A DNA stretch of 64,000 nt, taken from an uncultured Flavobacteriaceae bacterium. GTDB taxonomy: Bacteria; Bacteroidota; Bacteroidia; Flavobacteriales; Flavobacteriaceae. Position numbers and translations under genes: made by a program. Shown here piece after piece: positions 63,393 through 64,000 of the stretch. A model generated the notes under the pieces. That model searched no databases. It was given only the letters and a program-made list of their open reading frames with translations, and was not told the origin of the DNA. Every line of letters starts with the position of its first letter. Position 1 is the stretch's first letter. The stretch is from assembly GCA_963704895.1 (NCBI GenBank), contig CAVPID010000002.1, positions 638,752-702,751 on the forward strand, given 5' to 3'.

Positions 63393-64000
63393 GGTACAGA
63401 CGACCAGAATATAGAGAGTTTAGGATTAGCCGGAAACATACTTACTGTAGGTATTGAAGACGGTACTTCACAGACGGTAGATTTATCTGCCTTAAACGAT
63501 TCAGGTACGGACGATCAGAACCTAACCGGAGCTACCTTAACAGGAAACAGTCTTCAGATAGATATTGAGAACGGTAGTTCTACGACCGTGGATCTTTCTA
63601 CCCTTGTTGGTACGGACGATCAGAATATTGCAAGCCTGGGTGTGAATACCTCAACTAACGTATTAACGGTAGGCATAGAGGATGGTACCAGTCAGACTGT
63701 AGACTTGTCTCATTTAGATGATGCAGGTACCGACGACCAGAACATAGAGAGTTTAGGATTAGCCGGAAACATACTTACTGTAGGTATTGAAGACGGTACT
63801 TCACAGACGGTAGATTTATCCGCCTTAAACGATTCAGGCACAGATGATCAGAACATAGAGAGTTTAGGATTGGCCGGAAACATTCTTACTGTAGGTATTG
63901 AAGACGGTACTTCACAGACAGTAGATTTATCTGCCTTAAACGATTCAGGTACGGACGATCAGAACCTAACCGGAGCTACCTTAACAGGAAACAGTCTTCA
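63393..64000 (+). repeat. 105-117-bp coding modules (G-T-D-D-Q-N-x-x-x-L-x-L-x-G-N-x-L-T-V-G-I-E-D-G-T-S-Q-T-V-D-L-S-A-L-N-D-S) with a 444-bp higher-order period
   Basis: Module starts (ggtac.gacga.cag) are at 63393, 63504, 63609, 63726, 63837 and 63948. The modules at 63393 and 63837, and those at 63504 and 63948, are near-identical, 444 bp apart. Confidence 0.85.

Larger units (their letters stand above)
60004..64000 (+). pseudogene. Giant repetitive surface protein (TDDQ modules + about 9 x 85-aa repeats), reading frame broken near 61609-61625; continues past the window end
   Basis: Track ORF 60004..61740 (signal peptide MKLRLLLLVFLVSGFAFAQ) ends in nonsense (..SAFNGDRMYRMRSMRSM..). The repeats continue without a stop in the frame with positions = 0 mod 3, from about 61626 to 64000. 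That segment is missing from the track because it is open-ended. Confidence 0.8.

Overview
This 64-kb window looks like chromosomal DNA from a Flavobacteriia-class member of the Bacteroidota. Supporting signs are the low GC content, TTTG/TAnnTTTG promoter boxes, near absence of Shine-Dalgarno sequences, and type IX secretion (T9SS) cargo and PorP/SprF genes.

**Positions 1-44.8 kb** are mostly housekeeping:
- coaD, ddl, a PASTA protein, rluD, yaaA, an untracked 42-aa ribosomal protein THX gene, ppc and an M20 peptidase.
- A complete minus-strand trp operon (trpE-G-D-C-F-B-A). It is preceded by a promoter, an 18-aa leader ORF with three consecutive Trp codons, and a terminator hairpin. Both trpE and trpC are each split by a single-base frame disruption.
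- An arylsulfotransferase-like lipoprotein and a MarR/nitroreductase/YceI unit.
- Rhodanese, DUF2851, PspC, an RCK K+ channel with an atypical filter, an alanine:cation symporter, ComEA and an acyl-CoA dehydrogenase.
- The conserved block rpsU-xer-hpf / tRNA Thr-Tyr-Gly-Thr / tuf / tRNA-Trp / secE-nusG-rplKAJL-rpoBC / DUF3467, followed by prfC.

**Positions 45-64 kb** form an accessory cell-surface island:
- A 1569-aa acidic calcium-repeat protein with a type B T9SS C-terminal domain, followed by its PorP/SprF-like and PorE-like OmpA partners.
- Two large secreted proteins, one with Calx-beta and beta-helix domains and one with a C-type lectin domain. Both end in the same short basic tail (ITNR[RK]IT[YF]RVN) instead of a known T9SS domain. 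Decayed copies of that tail lie downstream.
- A giant repetitive protein built from about 9 near-identical 255-bp repeats, broken by two 1-nt insertions.

**Most interesting leads:** the shared C-terminal tail as a candidate sorting signal, and the WWW leader attenuator sitting in front of a trp operon with two broken genes.
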